Shown: positions 44,511-54,407 of the stretch, one piece after another
Position numbering within the stretch: position 1 is the stretch's first letter
How the letters are laid out: each line of letters opens with the position of its first letter
DNA from: an uncultured virus (IMG/VR IMGVR_UViG_3300012361_000002)
Taxonomy: Duplodnaviria; Heunggongvirae; Uroviricota; Caudoviricetes
DNA length: 64,000 bases
Reading direction: 5' to 3' (one strand)
IMG/VR virus record: IMGVR_UViG_3300012361_000002
Position numbers and translations under genes: made by a program
The notes under the pieces: generated by a model
Seen by the model: the letters and a program-made list of their open reading frames with translations, nothing else
Told to the model about the DNA's origin: nothing
The model's database searches: none

Positions 44511-45722
44511 TCAGAACTCCATATTCGGCAAATGTCTGCGCTTCACCACGGCAGTACACCACTCGCGATGCTCGTTGAACTTCTTTCGCAGCAGCGTGCG
44601 CGGATCATTGATCCCGCATATCACCTTGGCGATGCGCTCGGATGCATGGCCGTCGCTGTAGGGATTCACGCATGGTTCAGACTTCGCCGTTATGACTTGA
44701 TCAAGACATGCTGTGATCTCACGGTGATCACCCGAATAGCTACCAAACATGTTGGTGTGTGGGAGCCTGCCGTGCTGGCGATCCCCGATATCCAGCACTT
44801 TGGTACCGAAGCACGGTGCCTCGTAGAACCCCGCCGACGAGTTCCCGATCAGCACGTCGCACCACTTCAGCAGCGAGTAGAACACCTGCGGCTCGACGTT
44901 GTCGTGGTAGACGGTGTCGGCGCGGTTCTGGGCGAGGCGCTGCCACTCCCGTCGGATGAGGTCGTTCCCGGCGTCCGCGTTTGGCCCCAGCAGCACCAAT
45001 GCCTCCGTCCTGCGCGATAGAGCGACGCTGAGAGCCTCTAGCTCGGAGGCGGTGTCATCCAGGGTGTTGGGGTGAAACAGCACCACGAGGCTCCTAGCTG
45101 GCGTGGTGACGGCAATGCTATCGTCGGTACCATAGTCGGTAGGCATCTGTTGCCTTATCCCCAGGCCAACAGCGATGAAAGTATCCTCACGATTGAGCGT
45201 CGGCGTCGCCATCACCATGTCGATCCCTGGGCACCCAGTGACGTGGACGCGGTCGGGTTCCTCTCCCATCTGGACGATCCGGTCTGCCGAGTCCTGGTTC
45301 GACGCGAAGTGCAGGTGCGACAGCTTGGTGATGGCGTGGCGGAAGCAGTCGTCCTGGCTGCCCTCGGTGATGTCGCCGCCGCCGATGTGAGCGATCGGCC
45401 ATCCCATAATATTGGCACCAACTACCGCACCGAGAATTTCGTGGCGGTCCCCGTGAACGACGATGAGTGGCGTATCCCCTTTCCATGGCCACCAGGGATT
45501 GGTTTCGCCGCCATTCATGCTGTCCATTACTTTGTCGAGAATACCGTTCACGTTCAGGCTCGCCGATACGGCGCTATCTATCGGACCATGAATGTCTTCT
45601 TCTTCGTCTGGCCAAGACACGTCTATCGTTCGCACAGAATGATCATTTGACCGTAGCGCCTTCTCGACCATGACGAGCGCGTTGCGGTCGGACCGGCTGC
45701 CAGAGATCAAAGCAATTTTCAT
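44511..45722 (-). CDS. neuC: Hydrolysing UDP/GDP-HexNAc 2-epimerase (NeuC/LegG family)
   Basis: ISGSRSD, HGDRHEIL, IAHIGGGDITEGSQDDCFRHAITKLSHLHF, LIGNSSAG..EAP, IGDRQHGR, NPYSDG. Confidence 0.93.
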   Translation of the reverse strand: MKIALISGSRSDRNALVMVEKALRSNDHSVRTIDVSWPDEEEDIHGPIDSAVSASLNVNGILDKVMDSMNGGETNPWWPWKGDTPLIVVHGDRHEILGAVVGANIMGWPIAHIGGGDITEGSQDDCFRHAITKLSHLHFASNQDSADRIVQMGEEPDRVHVTGCPGIDMVMATPTLNREDTFIAVGLGIRQQMPTDYGTDDSIAVTTPARSLVVLFHPNTLDDTASELEALSVALSRRTEALVLLGPNADAGNDLIRREWQRLAQNRADTVYHDNVEPQVFYSLLKWCDVLIGNSSAGFYEAPCFGTKVLDIGDRQHGRLPHTNMFGSYSGDHREITACLDQVITAKSEPCVNPYSDGHASERIAKVICGINDPRTLLRKKFNEHREWCTAVVKRRHLPNMEF

Positions 45723-46255
45723 CGCAACGGCCTCGAAGTAGTCGACCCAACGTTGCCGCCCTGCGGTATCGGTCCCGGCGGTATCGGCAGCGACGTTCGC
45801 ATAGGCTGCGACGGCGCGTTCAAATGCTGGTTCGACCCGTACGGCTTAAGCATCTCCGGCCGAATCGTCTCGGATGGCTGCGAGCGCAGCCACTTGGGGA
45901 TGATCCTTGATATCCAACCCATGTTCGTCCTCCTTTGCTTCGTCTCCGTGGATGACTCTAGCAACGGAACGGGAGTCGGCGTCAACATCGGCCGGCGAAC
46001 ATAATTTCCTCGATCTCCGAGTATCCCACGCCTTCATCGCTGCCTCTCGGCGCTTGCTCTTGACGAGCCTGCGGAGACGCTTCTCCCTGTCCACCTAGTC
46101 CCGACCTAATTCACGCTGCGTCTTGAGGGTTTCTAGCATCTCCTTCGTCTCCTTGATCGGATCATCCAACCTCTTCAGCACCGATGAGTATTTGTTCCGA
46201 AGATCAAGCATGATCGCCAACTGGTTCTTGAACAACTGCTCGATTTCGTAGGATG

Positions 46256-47374
46256 TCATGCAAACCTCCTCGCCAACTCGATCCCCGCCGGCAGACATAT
46301 CGCCCGGCTGAATACCTCGTTCGCCACCGGAAATGTCCCGCCGTCGTCCCGGTACATTTTCAGCCGGTGCATCGGCGTGAACACCGCGCGGGCCATTACC
46401 CCCCTCTCGTGCAGCGCCGTCAACATCGCGTCGCGTTCCCCGGGTAAGACCATGATCGTTGGCATCCAGAAGTTCGAGAACGTCCCGGCAGGTTCCTCGT
46501 GGAACGTCACGCCGTTCATTCCGTTGATCGCTGCCTTGTATGCCATCGCCAGCCCACGCTTCTCCTTCACTAGACCGTCCAACCGCTTGACTTGCTCACT
46601 GCACAGCGCCGCCGAAAGCATCGGCATGCGGTGGTTCCAGCCGACCGCGTCGTGCTCGACCAGCCATGGGTGCGCGACCCTGGCGGTGGTGGCAAGGTGG
46701 TGGGCACTGGCCCCGATATCGTCGTCGTTCGTCAGCAGCGCACCCCCGCCGCCGGACGTCACTACCTTGTTGAGGTTGAAGCTGAGGACGGAGACTGCGC
46801 CCAAGGAACCGCATGGTTTCCAGCGGTCGGAGGCGTGAACTGATACGGACGAACCGATAGCCTCAGCTGCGTCCTCGATGACGGTAACGCCATAGGCTTC
46901 AGCCAATCCGTTAACGATTGACATCTTGCATGGATGACCTAGCAAATGAACCGCAATGACAGCCTTCGGTGGCTCATTGCACGCCAGATATTCTCCGAAC
47001 CGGTGAGGATCGATCCCGAAATCATGTTTGCTGGAGTCCAGGAAAACGGGTTTTGCTCCAGCCCTGACGACAGCGTTAGCCGCAGCCACGAACGATAGCG
47101 TCGGCAGCAGCACGGTGCTACCACGCTTCACTCCCACCAGGTGCAGCGCCAACTCCAGCGCCGCGGTGCCGCTCGACACGGCGACTGCGTGCTTGACCTG
47201 GATCCGCTCCTTTAGGCGCTCTTGCAGCAGGTTGACGTAGTGGTAGGAATCTAGCCTGCGGGCCTGATCTGCTATCGCGAGAACATCATCATCGGTGACA
47301 ACCGGCCGGTGATGGCTAGCCGGCCCTCCGGTTACTGACAAAATTGCGTCCACAACGGCTTGGACGCTTAACAA
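46256..47374 (-). CDS. legC: DegT/DnrJ-family sugar aminotransferase (LegC-like)
   Basis: AVAVSSGTAAL, SFVAAANAV, IEDAAEAIGS, SFNLNKVVTSGGGG, HLATTARVAHPW..HDAVGWNHRMP. Confidence 0.85.
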   Translation of the reverse strand: MLSVQAVVDAILSVTGGPASHHRPVVTDDDVLAIADQARRLDSYHYVNLLQERLKERIQVKHAVAVSSGTAALELALHLVGVKRGSTVLLPTLSFVAAANAVVRAGAKPVFLDSSKHDFGIDPHRFGEYLACNEPPKAVIAVHLLGHPCKMSIVNGLAEAYGVTVIEDAAEAIGSSVSVHASDRWKPCGSLGAVSVLSFNLNKVVTSGGGGALLTNDDDIGASAHHLATTARVAHPWLVEHDAVGWNHRMPMLSAALCSEQVKRLDGLVKEKRGLAMAYKAAINGMNGVTFHEEPAGTFSNFWMPTIMVLPGERDAMLTALHERGVMARAVFTPMHRLKMYRDDGGTFPVANEVFSRAICLPAGIELARRFA

Positions 47375-47533
47375 TTTTCCTCTCCTTCATTGCAAATCGG
47401 TCCGCCAGCATATCCGATGCGATCCTATGCGCGGACAGCATCTTCTCAGCCTCAGACCTGTAACGATACGGCCCGAACAATCTCCCGCTGACGATACAAG
47501 CAAATCCTTCATCTATGCAAACGACTTGGTCTC

Positions 47534-48217
47534 TCATGCTGGTGCCGTCACCTTCTTGACGGTCGCCTCCGGGTCGAACCGCCCCTGATCGTCCAGCATC
47601 GCCCTGGCCGCCTCGAAGTCCGCGTGCGTGTCGATGTCGAGCGAGCGCTCCGGCGGCATGACGTAGGCGTAGGCGTGCGGATCGTACCAGTCGCCCCTCT
47701 CCATCAGGTGGTCCCATTTGACGAGGTAGATCGCCCCGTTCGGTGTGTAGACCGTGTCCCTCTCGCCGGCGCCCCGCATCCTGTTGGCGTGGCCGAGCGT
47801 GAACAGGGTGTCCGCCTTCGGGAACTCGACAACGGAGATGACCGAATCGGCGCTCGTGTCCTCCATCATTTTCTGCGCTGCCACCACGTCCCGTTCGTCA
47901 CGAAACGGCGACGTCGGCTGGAGGAGCAGCACAGCATTGTAGGGACCGTCTTCGGCGTTCCTGGCGGCATGGATGACGACGCTCACGTGGTCGGCGTCGC
48001 CGCACAACTCCGGCGGCCGCATGATGACCTTGCAGCCATGTTGTTTGGCCACGCCAGCGATGAACTCGCTGTCGGTGCTCAGGACCACGTGGTGGCACGT
48101 CGCCAGCCCGACCTCGATCGACCACGCGATGAGCGGCTTCCCGCCGAGCATGGCGGTGTTTTTGTTTGGAAGTCGCTTACTTCCGCCCCTGGCCGTAATC
48201 ACTCCCAAGACCTTCAT
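47534..48217 (-). CDS. neuA: CMP-nonulosonate synthetase (acylneuraminate cytidylyltransferase)
   Basis: ITARGGSKRLPNKN, GKPLIAWSI, VSTDS-like, LLQPTSPFR, PNGAIY, SLDIDT. Confidence 0.93.
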   Translation of the reverse strand: MKVLGVITARGGSKRLPNKNTAMLGGKPLIAWSIEVGLATCHHVVLSTDSEFIAGVAKQHGCKVIMRPPELCGDADHVSVVIHAARNAEDGPYNAVLLLQPTSPFRDERDVVAAQKMMEDTSADSVISVVEFPKADTLFTLGHANRMRGAGERDTVYTPNGAIYLVKWDHLMERGDWYDPHAYAYVMPPERSLDIDTHADFEAARAMLDDQGRFDPEATVKKVTAPA

Positions 48218-48388
48218 TGCGTGGTTTCCTCCGATATCACGAACCCTGCGGATGTGATCGCGCGCAAAATGTCGAGGGCCAATGACGTGGCTTGGATACC
48301 GGCTTCATCGCCGACCGCGTGACGGCCAATCTCACCTGTTACGATGTTGAAAAGCTTATCGTTCATCTCTGGTGCATGATCAGTCATG

Positions 48389-49249
48389 TCATAACCCCGG
48401 TTGAAACCCCTCTGCGTCCTTCCGGATGCGCGGGATCGTCGCCAACTCCTCCGGGCTCGGCTCCTTGCGGCCGTGGCCCAAGACGATCTCGGTCTGCCTG
48501 ATCTTCATGACCATCCGCTCGAACTGCTCCGGCGTCGCAGACATGCGGTGGTCCGGTCCCTCCGCCTCGTTATCTAACGTGAAGTGCTTCTCAACGACGG
48601 TCGCGCCCAACGCCACGGCCGCGAGGATCGCATAGTTGCCGATCGTGTGGTCGCTGTAGCCGACCATGCCACCGACGACATTCTGGAGATCCCTAATCGC
48701 CCCGATGTTCGCCAGATGCGGAGCGCATGGATACAGGCTAACGCAGTGCATGAGTGTACAACGGCCATAGCTCGAAGGGACTGGATTCATAGCTCTTTCA
48801 TGAGCGACAGCACGATTACATTGCCTCATGAGGACGCGTTTGACCTCCTTCAGCGTCGCCATCCCAGTGCTGAGCAGGACCGGCAGCCCGGTGTCGAACG
48901 CCGCGTCCACCAGCGGTTCGTAGAGCAGCGATCCGGACCCGAGCTTGATGCGCTTCACGCCGCACTCCTCGACCAGGAACTTGAGACTTTCGAGATCGTC
49001 TGGCGTGCTTGCAAACTCGATACCAATATCCTCGCAGTGTATCGCTATTTTGTAGGTGTCGTTGAGGGACAGCGCCAAGGACGCCAGCAGGTCATAGTCC
49101 TTGCCATTGCGGATGCACTTCTCTGGGATGAACGTCTGCGTCTTCACGATGTCCGCGCCGGCAACCTTCGCTGCGTCGCAGAGGCGGAGCGCCTTGTCGA
49201 GTTTGCCGTCGTGATTCACTCCGGCTTCGGCGATGACCGTGACGCTCAT
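48389..49249 (-). CDS. neuB: Nonulosonate synthase (NeuB/LegI family), no C-terminal AFP/SAF domain
   Basis: IAEAGVNHDG, GADIVKTQTF, IKLGSG, LSTGMATL, LMHCVSLYP, VGYSDHTIG, GATVVEKHFTLD...GPDH..S. Confidence 0.93.
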   Translation of the reverse strand: MSVTVIAEAGVNHDGKLDKALRLCDAAKVAGADIVKTQTFIPEKCIRNGKDYDLLASLALSLNDTYKIAIHCEDIGIEFASTPDDLESLKFLVEECGVKRIKLGSGSLLYEPLVDAAFDTGLPVLLSTGMATLKEVKRVLMRQCNRAVAHERAMNPVPSSYGRCTLMHCVSLYPCAPHLANIGAIRDLQNVVGGMVGYSDHTIGNYAILAAVALGATVVEKHFTLDNEAEGPDHRMSATPEQFERMVMKIRQTEIVLGHGRKEPSPEELATIPRIRKDAEGFQPGL

Positions 49250-49578
49250 GACGATTCGAACCTCGCCCACTTCGGCTTCCACATGCCGCTCTTGATCGCT
49301 TGATCCACCGGGACGTCGAATGGCTTGGCGTCTGTCGCTGTCGACGAGAACGTCACCAAACCCGACGCAATCGTGCCAACCTCAGAGCGCGCCACATCGC
49401 ACCCGTAGACCCAGAAGTTCCACGCCTTCGACTGCTCGGTTCGGCTGTATGGGCAATCATCGCGCGTCTTGCCTGCAAGTCCAGCGGCTGCACCTTCAGC
49501 CTCATAGACATTCTGCTGGGAAAACCGATCACGTGGTGGCAACGGCTTGGAGCGTCTAAGGAAGTTGAACATTGTCAA
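49246..49578 (-). CDS. Hypothetical protein
   Basis: EGAAAGLAGKTRDDCPY...W..G motif; ATGA-coupled to neuB. Confidence 0.55.
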   Translation of the reverse strand: MTMFNFLRRSKPLPPRDRFSQQNVYEAEGAAAGLAGKTRDDCPYSRTEQSKAWNFWVYGCDVARSEVGTIASGLVTFSSTATDAKPFDVPVDQAIKSGMWKPKWARFESS

Positions 49579-49657
49579 TCTTTGTGCAGGCTTTCCACCC
49601 GCTGGAAAGGGGCGACAAGCCCCTTCTCTGCCTCTCGGCGACCCTGCCCTGGTAATC

Positions 49658-50014
49658 TCAGGGCGTAACCTTTGCTGCCTCTGCCGTGAGCGCCGCCGTG
49701 ACGCCCTGGATGCTCGTCACTGCGGCGGCGATGGCAGGGTCGTTCCCGGTGTTGGCTGCGGCGATCTTCGCCAGTTCCGTCTCGATGGCGCTCGCCGCGG
49801 CCGCTGAAGCCGTCTGGAGGCCCGTCACTGCTGCCGTCAGGTTCTCGATGTCTGTCATGATCTGCCTCAATATGTCGATTTGGGTTGATTGACTTCCAGC
49901 CATTGCACCGACTGCTGTCGTCAGTATGCTAAGCTGGTTCATCACCTGCGTGTGGCGGGTCGCTGCATCTGTCTCGGTCTCAGCACTCCCGAAAAAATTA
50001 CCGAAGATGCTCAT
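49658..50014 (-). CDS. Ala/Thr-rich coiled-coil protein
   Basis: 118 aa; follows the holin. Confidence 0.6.
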   Translation of the reverse strand: MSIFGNFFGSAETETDAATRHTQVMNQLSILTTAVGAMAGSQSTQIDILRQIMTDIENLTAAVTGLQTASAAAASAIETELAKIAAANTGNDPAIAAAVTSIQGVTAALTAEAAKVTP

Positions 50015-50054
50015 GTCGCCCCGCTTTTCCTCCCCTCTCAGGGAAGCTTTGAAA

Positions 50055-50354
50055 TTATGGAGTGTTTGATACTTTTGGCTGTGATGAATCCATCACCGCC
50101 GCCTTCACCGCATCACTTGTCGGTGCCGCCACCGTGATGATCTTCTTCACGTCGGGAAGTGCCGCCACCGCGGCGAGCTTGGCACCGTCAGTATGGGCAA
50201 ACAGCGTCCAAATCACCGGTACGAGACCCCCGGCCAGACCACCGATCTGCGCCAACTGCTCGCCGGTTATCCAGCCGCGACCGATGGCAACGCCACCTCC
50301 TAGTGCGAGCAAGTTACGAACTAGTCCCAGAACTTGATCTTGATTCGGATACAT
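50055..50354 (-). CDS. Putative holin
   Basis: DQVLGLVRNLLALGGGVAIGRGWIT..; two TM segments. Confidence 0.6.
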   Translation of the reverse strand: MYPNQDQVLGLVRNLLALGGGVAIGRGWITGEQLAQIGGLAGGLVPVIWTLFAHTDGAKLAAVAALPDVKKIITVAAPTSDAVKAAVMDSSQPKVSNTP

Positions 50355-50371
50355 TTTGCTTCCTTTCTTGG

Positions 50372-50680
50372 TTATCCCGGAAACCCCAGCGCCCGCTTTT
50401 CGGACGGCGTAAGCTTCGCCAGCGCGGCGTTGCGCTCGGCCTCCTGCTGCAGGGTGGACGGTAGGCCGGTCGGGTCGTCAACACCATGATGGTGGGCGCG
50501 CTTCGGAGTCCTCGGCGTGCCGTAAGCCAGCGTCTCGGCCAACCGCGCCAGTGCTGTCGCAATGTTCCGATCAGCCTGACTGACCACGGCGTGCCTGCCA
50601 CTGAGTAGTTCCTCAGCGATCTCTTTGCTCATGGCGACCAAAGCCACTTTCAAAGCCATAATGTCACTGTTATCCGTCAT
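50372..50680 (-). CDS. Hypothetical protein
   Basis: Ends ALAKLTPSEKRALGFPG. Confidence 0.55.
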   Translation of the reverse strand: MTDNSDIMALKVALVAMSKEIAEELLSGRHAVVSQADRNIATALARLAETLAYGTPRTPKRAHHHGVDDPTGLPSTLQQEAERNAALAKLTPSEKRALGFPG

Positions 50681-51525
50681 GTCAGCCCAAACGCCTCCCG
50701 TTCCTCCGGTGTAAGCTTCGCCAGTCCCGACGCCAGGAGTTGCTGGCGCTTCTCCTTGACGACGTAGGTGATATTGCGCTTGCGGAACGCCTCCATCATC
50801 TCTGCCATCAGCGCGTCGCCCCACTGCGGGATCGCCCGCAGCCTCTCCTCCGGCACTTGCACCGCGTCCTGCCATGAATAGCACCCGCACAAGACGAGAC
50901 AGTAAACGAGTCTGGTCCCCGTCACGAAGTCGCCGGCCGTGGCGCGGAACCCGTCCACCTTCTCGGGCCAGTCGTCAGGAATGGCGTTGCCACGCTCTAT
51001 AGGCGATCGCTGGTGAGCATCAGTCACAAAGTGCTCTAGACCTGCGGTCAGGACTGCAAACGCATTGGCGGGCTCCTGGCGGCGTTCTGGTCGTATTTCC
51101 GGCTTAGGCTCCTGACTGTGGTCGCTGCGACCGATGGAACTAATCCCCGCCGCCTTGTTCCCACCGCCGCCCTCATAGACCACCGGGGCGGGCTGCTGCG
51201 CAACCATCGCCTTCGCCTGGGACGACTCCCGCTCGTTCTGGCGCATGTCCTCGATGTGGGACAGCAGGTCCTTCTCGCTGATCGACCATTGACTTGACTT
51301 GGTCCAAGACATGACGGTGCGGTGCTTGAGACGCTGGTAGAACCGGACTGCCTCCTCATGGTCGCCCAGCACGTTCTCGGCCAGCGCCAACGACAGATGG
51401 GACGCCTCGGCCCCGCCGCTGCCCCAAGAGAAACCCATCTTGGCGTTGACGGACGGCAGCACGGTGACCTTGCCGCCGTCCTCAACGGTGACCTGGCCTC
51501 CGGGCTGGCCTCTGAAAATCTTCAC
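50677..51525 (-). CDS. DUF6166-like domain protein
   Basis: GFSWGSGGAEASHLSLALA...FYQRLK...W..WSIS; ends LAKLTPEEREAFGL. Confidence 0.6.
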   Translation of the reverse strand: MKIFRGQPGGQVTVEDGGKVTVLPSVNAKMGFSWGSGGAEASHLSLALAENVLGDHEEAVRFYQRLKHRTVMSWTKSSQWSISEKDLLSHIEDMRQNERESSQAKAMVAQQPAPVVYEGGGGNKAAGISSIGRSDHSQEPKPEIRPERRQEPANAFAVLTAGLEHFVTDAHQRSPIERGNAIPDDWPEKVDGFRATAGDFVTGTRLVYCLVLCGCYSWQDAVQVPEERLRAIPQWGDALMAEMMEAFRKRNITYVVKEKRQQLLASGLAKLTPEEREAFGLT

Positions 51526-51706
51526 GAGTCCCAAACCTTCTCCAGCAGCGCGTTGAAATCTTCGCCGCTCACACCGCAAACGGCCACAAGCCAGGCGGCC
51601 AAATTGAGCGCCTGAGCCTCGGTTAAATCTGGCGGCAACCTAAGTTGAATGACGATCTTGTTGGCGCTGGACGTACCGACTGCAAATTCATTACCACGAT
51701 CCTCGA

Positions 51707-52795
51707 TCATGACGCCTCCCGTCGATACAACGGCTCGAAGCTGGTGCCGAACTCCGTCCCCGTCTCGGCCACCTCCCGGCGCTTCTTCTCGGCGCACAGC
51801 CCCGCATAAGTTTGCTCGTCGAACACCCGGAAATAGGACATCGCCGGCGCGCGCAGGTCGGAGAACCCGGATTTGAAAAAGAGCACGGAGTCGGTCGGGT
51901 CCGACGTCGCGCCACCGCCGAGATGGAGGCGTTTGCAGCCGTTGCGCGCGGCGAACTCTGCCATCTCGTGGACCAAAATGTCGTTCGCGCATGATCTCGG
52001 ATGGACGTCGTTGTTGGCGGCCAAGTGATAATAGGCCGTACCGTTCTTCATCATGAGCATGAGCGCGGCCGATTCGACAACGGTGGTGCATGTGGTCGCG
52101 TACCATACCGTTCCGAAGCCGCAGAGCGCCTTGAGATACTCGTCCGTGAAGTACCAGCGCGCCGCCGCCTGCTTGCGCAGCATCGTGATGCGATAGAGGC
52201 GGATGAACTCGTCAGGACTTGCACCCATCCTGACCGCAACGCCGTCCTTCGCCGCCTTCCTGACGCCGGCCTTCCGGTTGGCATGGTACTGCTCCGCGAA
52301 GTCGCCCTTGAGGTCGATCCAAACGACCTGCTTGCGGGTTACAGGTTGGATGGTCGGCACCGCCTTGAACAGCCCGAGCTGGTGCGCAGTCATGAACGGG
52401 TGAATCGCGCAGAACTCGGTGACGACGCGGTTCTCCATCGCCCAGCTTGTGAATGCCTGGTTGAACCACTCATAGAGTTGCGGCCCGTGGTTCGTCGCCG
52501 GGCCGCCATAGCCGTATGGGCTCGACACGTCGCGGACGCCCCAGAACATCTCCGCGATCTCGCCGCCAGCCGAATCCCTGACGTCTTGCGGAAAGATGTC
52601 CCGGATAATGATCGGCTGCGCCACCACGTAGTCGCGGTAGGAGTAAGTTGCCAGCCGCGGCATGTGCCCGCGCGACTCCTCCGCCGCCATGTAGTCCGGC
52701 GTCCAGTGAACATCCTGCAGCGCCTGCGGCAATTGGTAGATGGTCCGCAGCCATTTGTCACGGTCGTTCACTGGATGAAGGAGTTCGAAGCCCAT
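51707..52795 (-). CDS. FemAB-like GNAT acyltransferase
   Basis: SSPYGYGGP, FIRLYRITM, YYHLAAN, LHLGGG...SVLFFKSGFS. Confidence 0.85.
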   Translation of the reverse strand: MGFELLHPVNDRDKWLRTIYQLPQALQDVHWTPDYMAAEESRGHMPRLATYSYRDYVVAQPIIIRDIFPQDVRDSAGGEIAEMFWGVRDVSSPYGYGGPATNHGPQLYEWFNQAFTSWAMENRVVTEFCAIHPFMTAHQLGLFKAVPTIQPVTRKQVVWIDLKGDFAEQYHANRKAGVRKAAKDGVAVRMGASPDEFIRLYRITMLRKQAAARWYFTDEYLKALCGFGTVWYATTCTTVVESAALMLMMKNGTAYYHLAANNDVHPRSCANDILVHEMAEFAARNGCKRLHLGGGATSDPTDSVLFFKSGFSDLRAPAMSYFRVFDEQTYAGLCAEKKRREVAETGTEFGTSFEPLYRREAS

Positions 52796-53253
52796 CAGCG
52801 TCCCCCTGGAAGTATGATCTTCCCGCGCGGCCGCACGTCGTCCGGCAGTTGACCCAGCGCTTGCTTCCGCTCCGCGGGCGTCAAGACATCAGCGGCGTGC
52901 GCAAGCATCTGCCTGCCGAAATCCAACGCCGTCAACCCTGGCACCTTGAAGCTGACCTCCCGCGGCGTCTCCGGGTCGAACCCGAACAGCACGCAGCCGC
53001 GGTGGTCGAGACTCGTGGTGACGCCGAACGTGTTCGGCTCGCGCAGGATGACTCCGCCGCCGGGGTACTTCATGCGGCGCAGAAGGTGAAAGAACTCGTT
53101 GAACTCGGACGCCCAGGCGTCGATGGCATGCACCGGCAGGGTCAACGTCACGACCGCCCCCCCTACGAGCAGGACCTTGATCGTGGCCACCCGGCCGTCC
53201 GGAGATATGTCCCGGCTGTCCGCCACAGGCCGAATCGCGTGCAAGTCCTGCAT
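52795..53253 (-). CDS. Hypothetical protein
   Basis: 152 aa; first gene of the leftward unit. Confidence 0.6.
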   Translation of the reverse strand: MQDLHAIRPVADSRDISPDGRVATIKVLLVGGAVVTLTLPVHAIDAWASEFNEFFHLLRRMKYPGGGVILREPNTFGVTTSLDHRGCVLFGFDPETPREVSFKVPGLTALDFGRQMLAHAADVLTPAERKQALGQLPDDVRPRGKIILPGGR

Positions 53254-53514
53254 GTTCAGCCCTTCTTGAGACACACGGTGCGGATCCTCCCGGGAAATGA
53301 CTTGAACTCGTCGTTGAAAGTCTTTTTTGCTGCTTCGCAGGCTTGTTCAGACGGAAATTCAACGGTTCCAGATGACATAGCTGTCCCGATGCTGCTGTGA
53401 AATACCAGCCAAATAAGAACATAAGTCATCAGTTATCCCCCCTGGAAAGACTTCTGCACCTACGCACAACGGCGAGAAATCGTCAACATTGGCCGATTTT
53501 TTCTCGTTTCCCTG

Positions 53515-53590
53515 TTTACATTCCAAAAACGACTGTCTATAAATCGACTCATCACCCTGGGCCCCAGGCCCGCTCCAAAGGAGAGACCAG
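53515..53590 (+). promoter_or_regulatory. Sigma70-type early promoter and leader (copy 1)
   Basis: TTTACA-N17-TATAAA; near-identical inverted copy at 60807-60882. Confidence 0.85.
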
Positions 53591-54091
53591 ATGAAAAACC
53601 CCACCAACATCGTAGCCCTTCCCCAGGCCAAGCCTACCGTCCGCCGCGCCCGCAAGAACTCCACCGCCGCCCGCGTCGCCAAGCAGTTCGGCCCGGCCGC
53701 CGGCCTCGGCTCGGTGATCAGCGTCCTGCTCGGCCTCAGCCTCACCCACCTCGCCCACGGCATCCAGATCGTCACCGGCTGCTCTGTCTGGGAAGGCAAC
53801 GCGATGGCGATCGGCATCGACCTCCTGATCGTCAGCCTTGAGGTCGCGATGGTCACCACCTCCGGCACGAAGTCCCACAAGTCTGTCGCTCGGTTCGCCA
53901 ACCCGGCGCTGGTCGCCGCCTTCGGGTGGTCGGCAGCCCTCAACGCCCTGGCGTTCGGCTCCGGCGCCCCCGACAGCACCTACCACTGGATGACGGTCAC
54001 GGGCGCGGCGCTCGGTGCCAGCATCCCCGCCCTCATCTACGCCGGCACCCGGGCATGGGCGGCTCTGGCGATCAACAGCAAGCAGCACTGA
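53591..54091 (+). CDS. Multi-TM membrane protein (early)
   Basis: About four hydrophobic helices; strong C-ending codon bias. Confidence 0.75.
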   Translation: MKNPTNIVALPQAKPTVRRARKNSTAARVAKQFGPAAGLGSVISVLLGLSLTHLAHGIQIVTGCSVWEGNAMAIGIDLLIVSLEVAMVTTSGTKSHKSVARFANPALVAAFGWSAALNALAFGSGAPDSTYHWMTVTGAALGASIPALIYAGTRAWAALAINSKQH

Positions 54092-54143
54092 GATCAACCG
54101 GCGCTCTCGAAAGGGAGCGCCACCCCCTACGCGGGAGGAAAAG

Positions 54144-54407
54144 ATGCCGGCGAAATACAAGATTGACGAGCACGTCGCTTCATACAACAGCGGCCTCGTC
54201 TACATCGTCAAAGCAGTTCACGAGCTGGACCTTACTGGCGAGACATTCGCCTACACGGTGAGGCGATTGCGGGGTGGCGTCGAATACGGACCAACGCGGA
54301 AAATCAGCGAGTTCGGATTGTGTCCGCTGTTAATTGATGACCCTGCGTTCGTCTACGACGAAGACAAGATGTTCCCGTTCGCAAGCCGTCACAGATTGAC
54401 CGACTGA
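54144..54407 (+). CDS. Hypothetical protein
   Basis: GGAGG SD; 87 aa. Confidence 0.6.
   Translation: MPAKYKIDEHVASYNSGLVYIVKAVHELDLTGETFAYTVRRLRGGVEYGPTRKISEFGLCPLLIDDPAFVYDEDKMFPFASRHRLTD

Noticed and set aside
43391..49249. DNA hypermodification as the purpose of the sugar pathway
   Set aside because: Not excluded, but no base hydroxymethylase, DNA glycosyltransferase or polymerase is linked in this window, and the transferases sit among virion genes.
43391..52795. Host O-antigen/capsule locus marking a prophage boundary
   Set aside because: The sugar genes are separated by, and coupled to, small phage-type ORFs and a holin, with phage genes on both sides; no wzx/wzy/kps genes.
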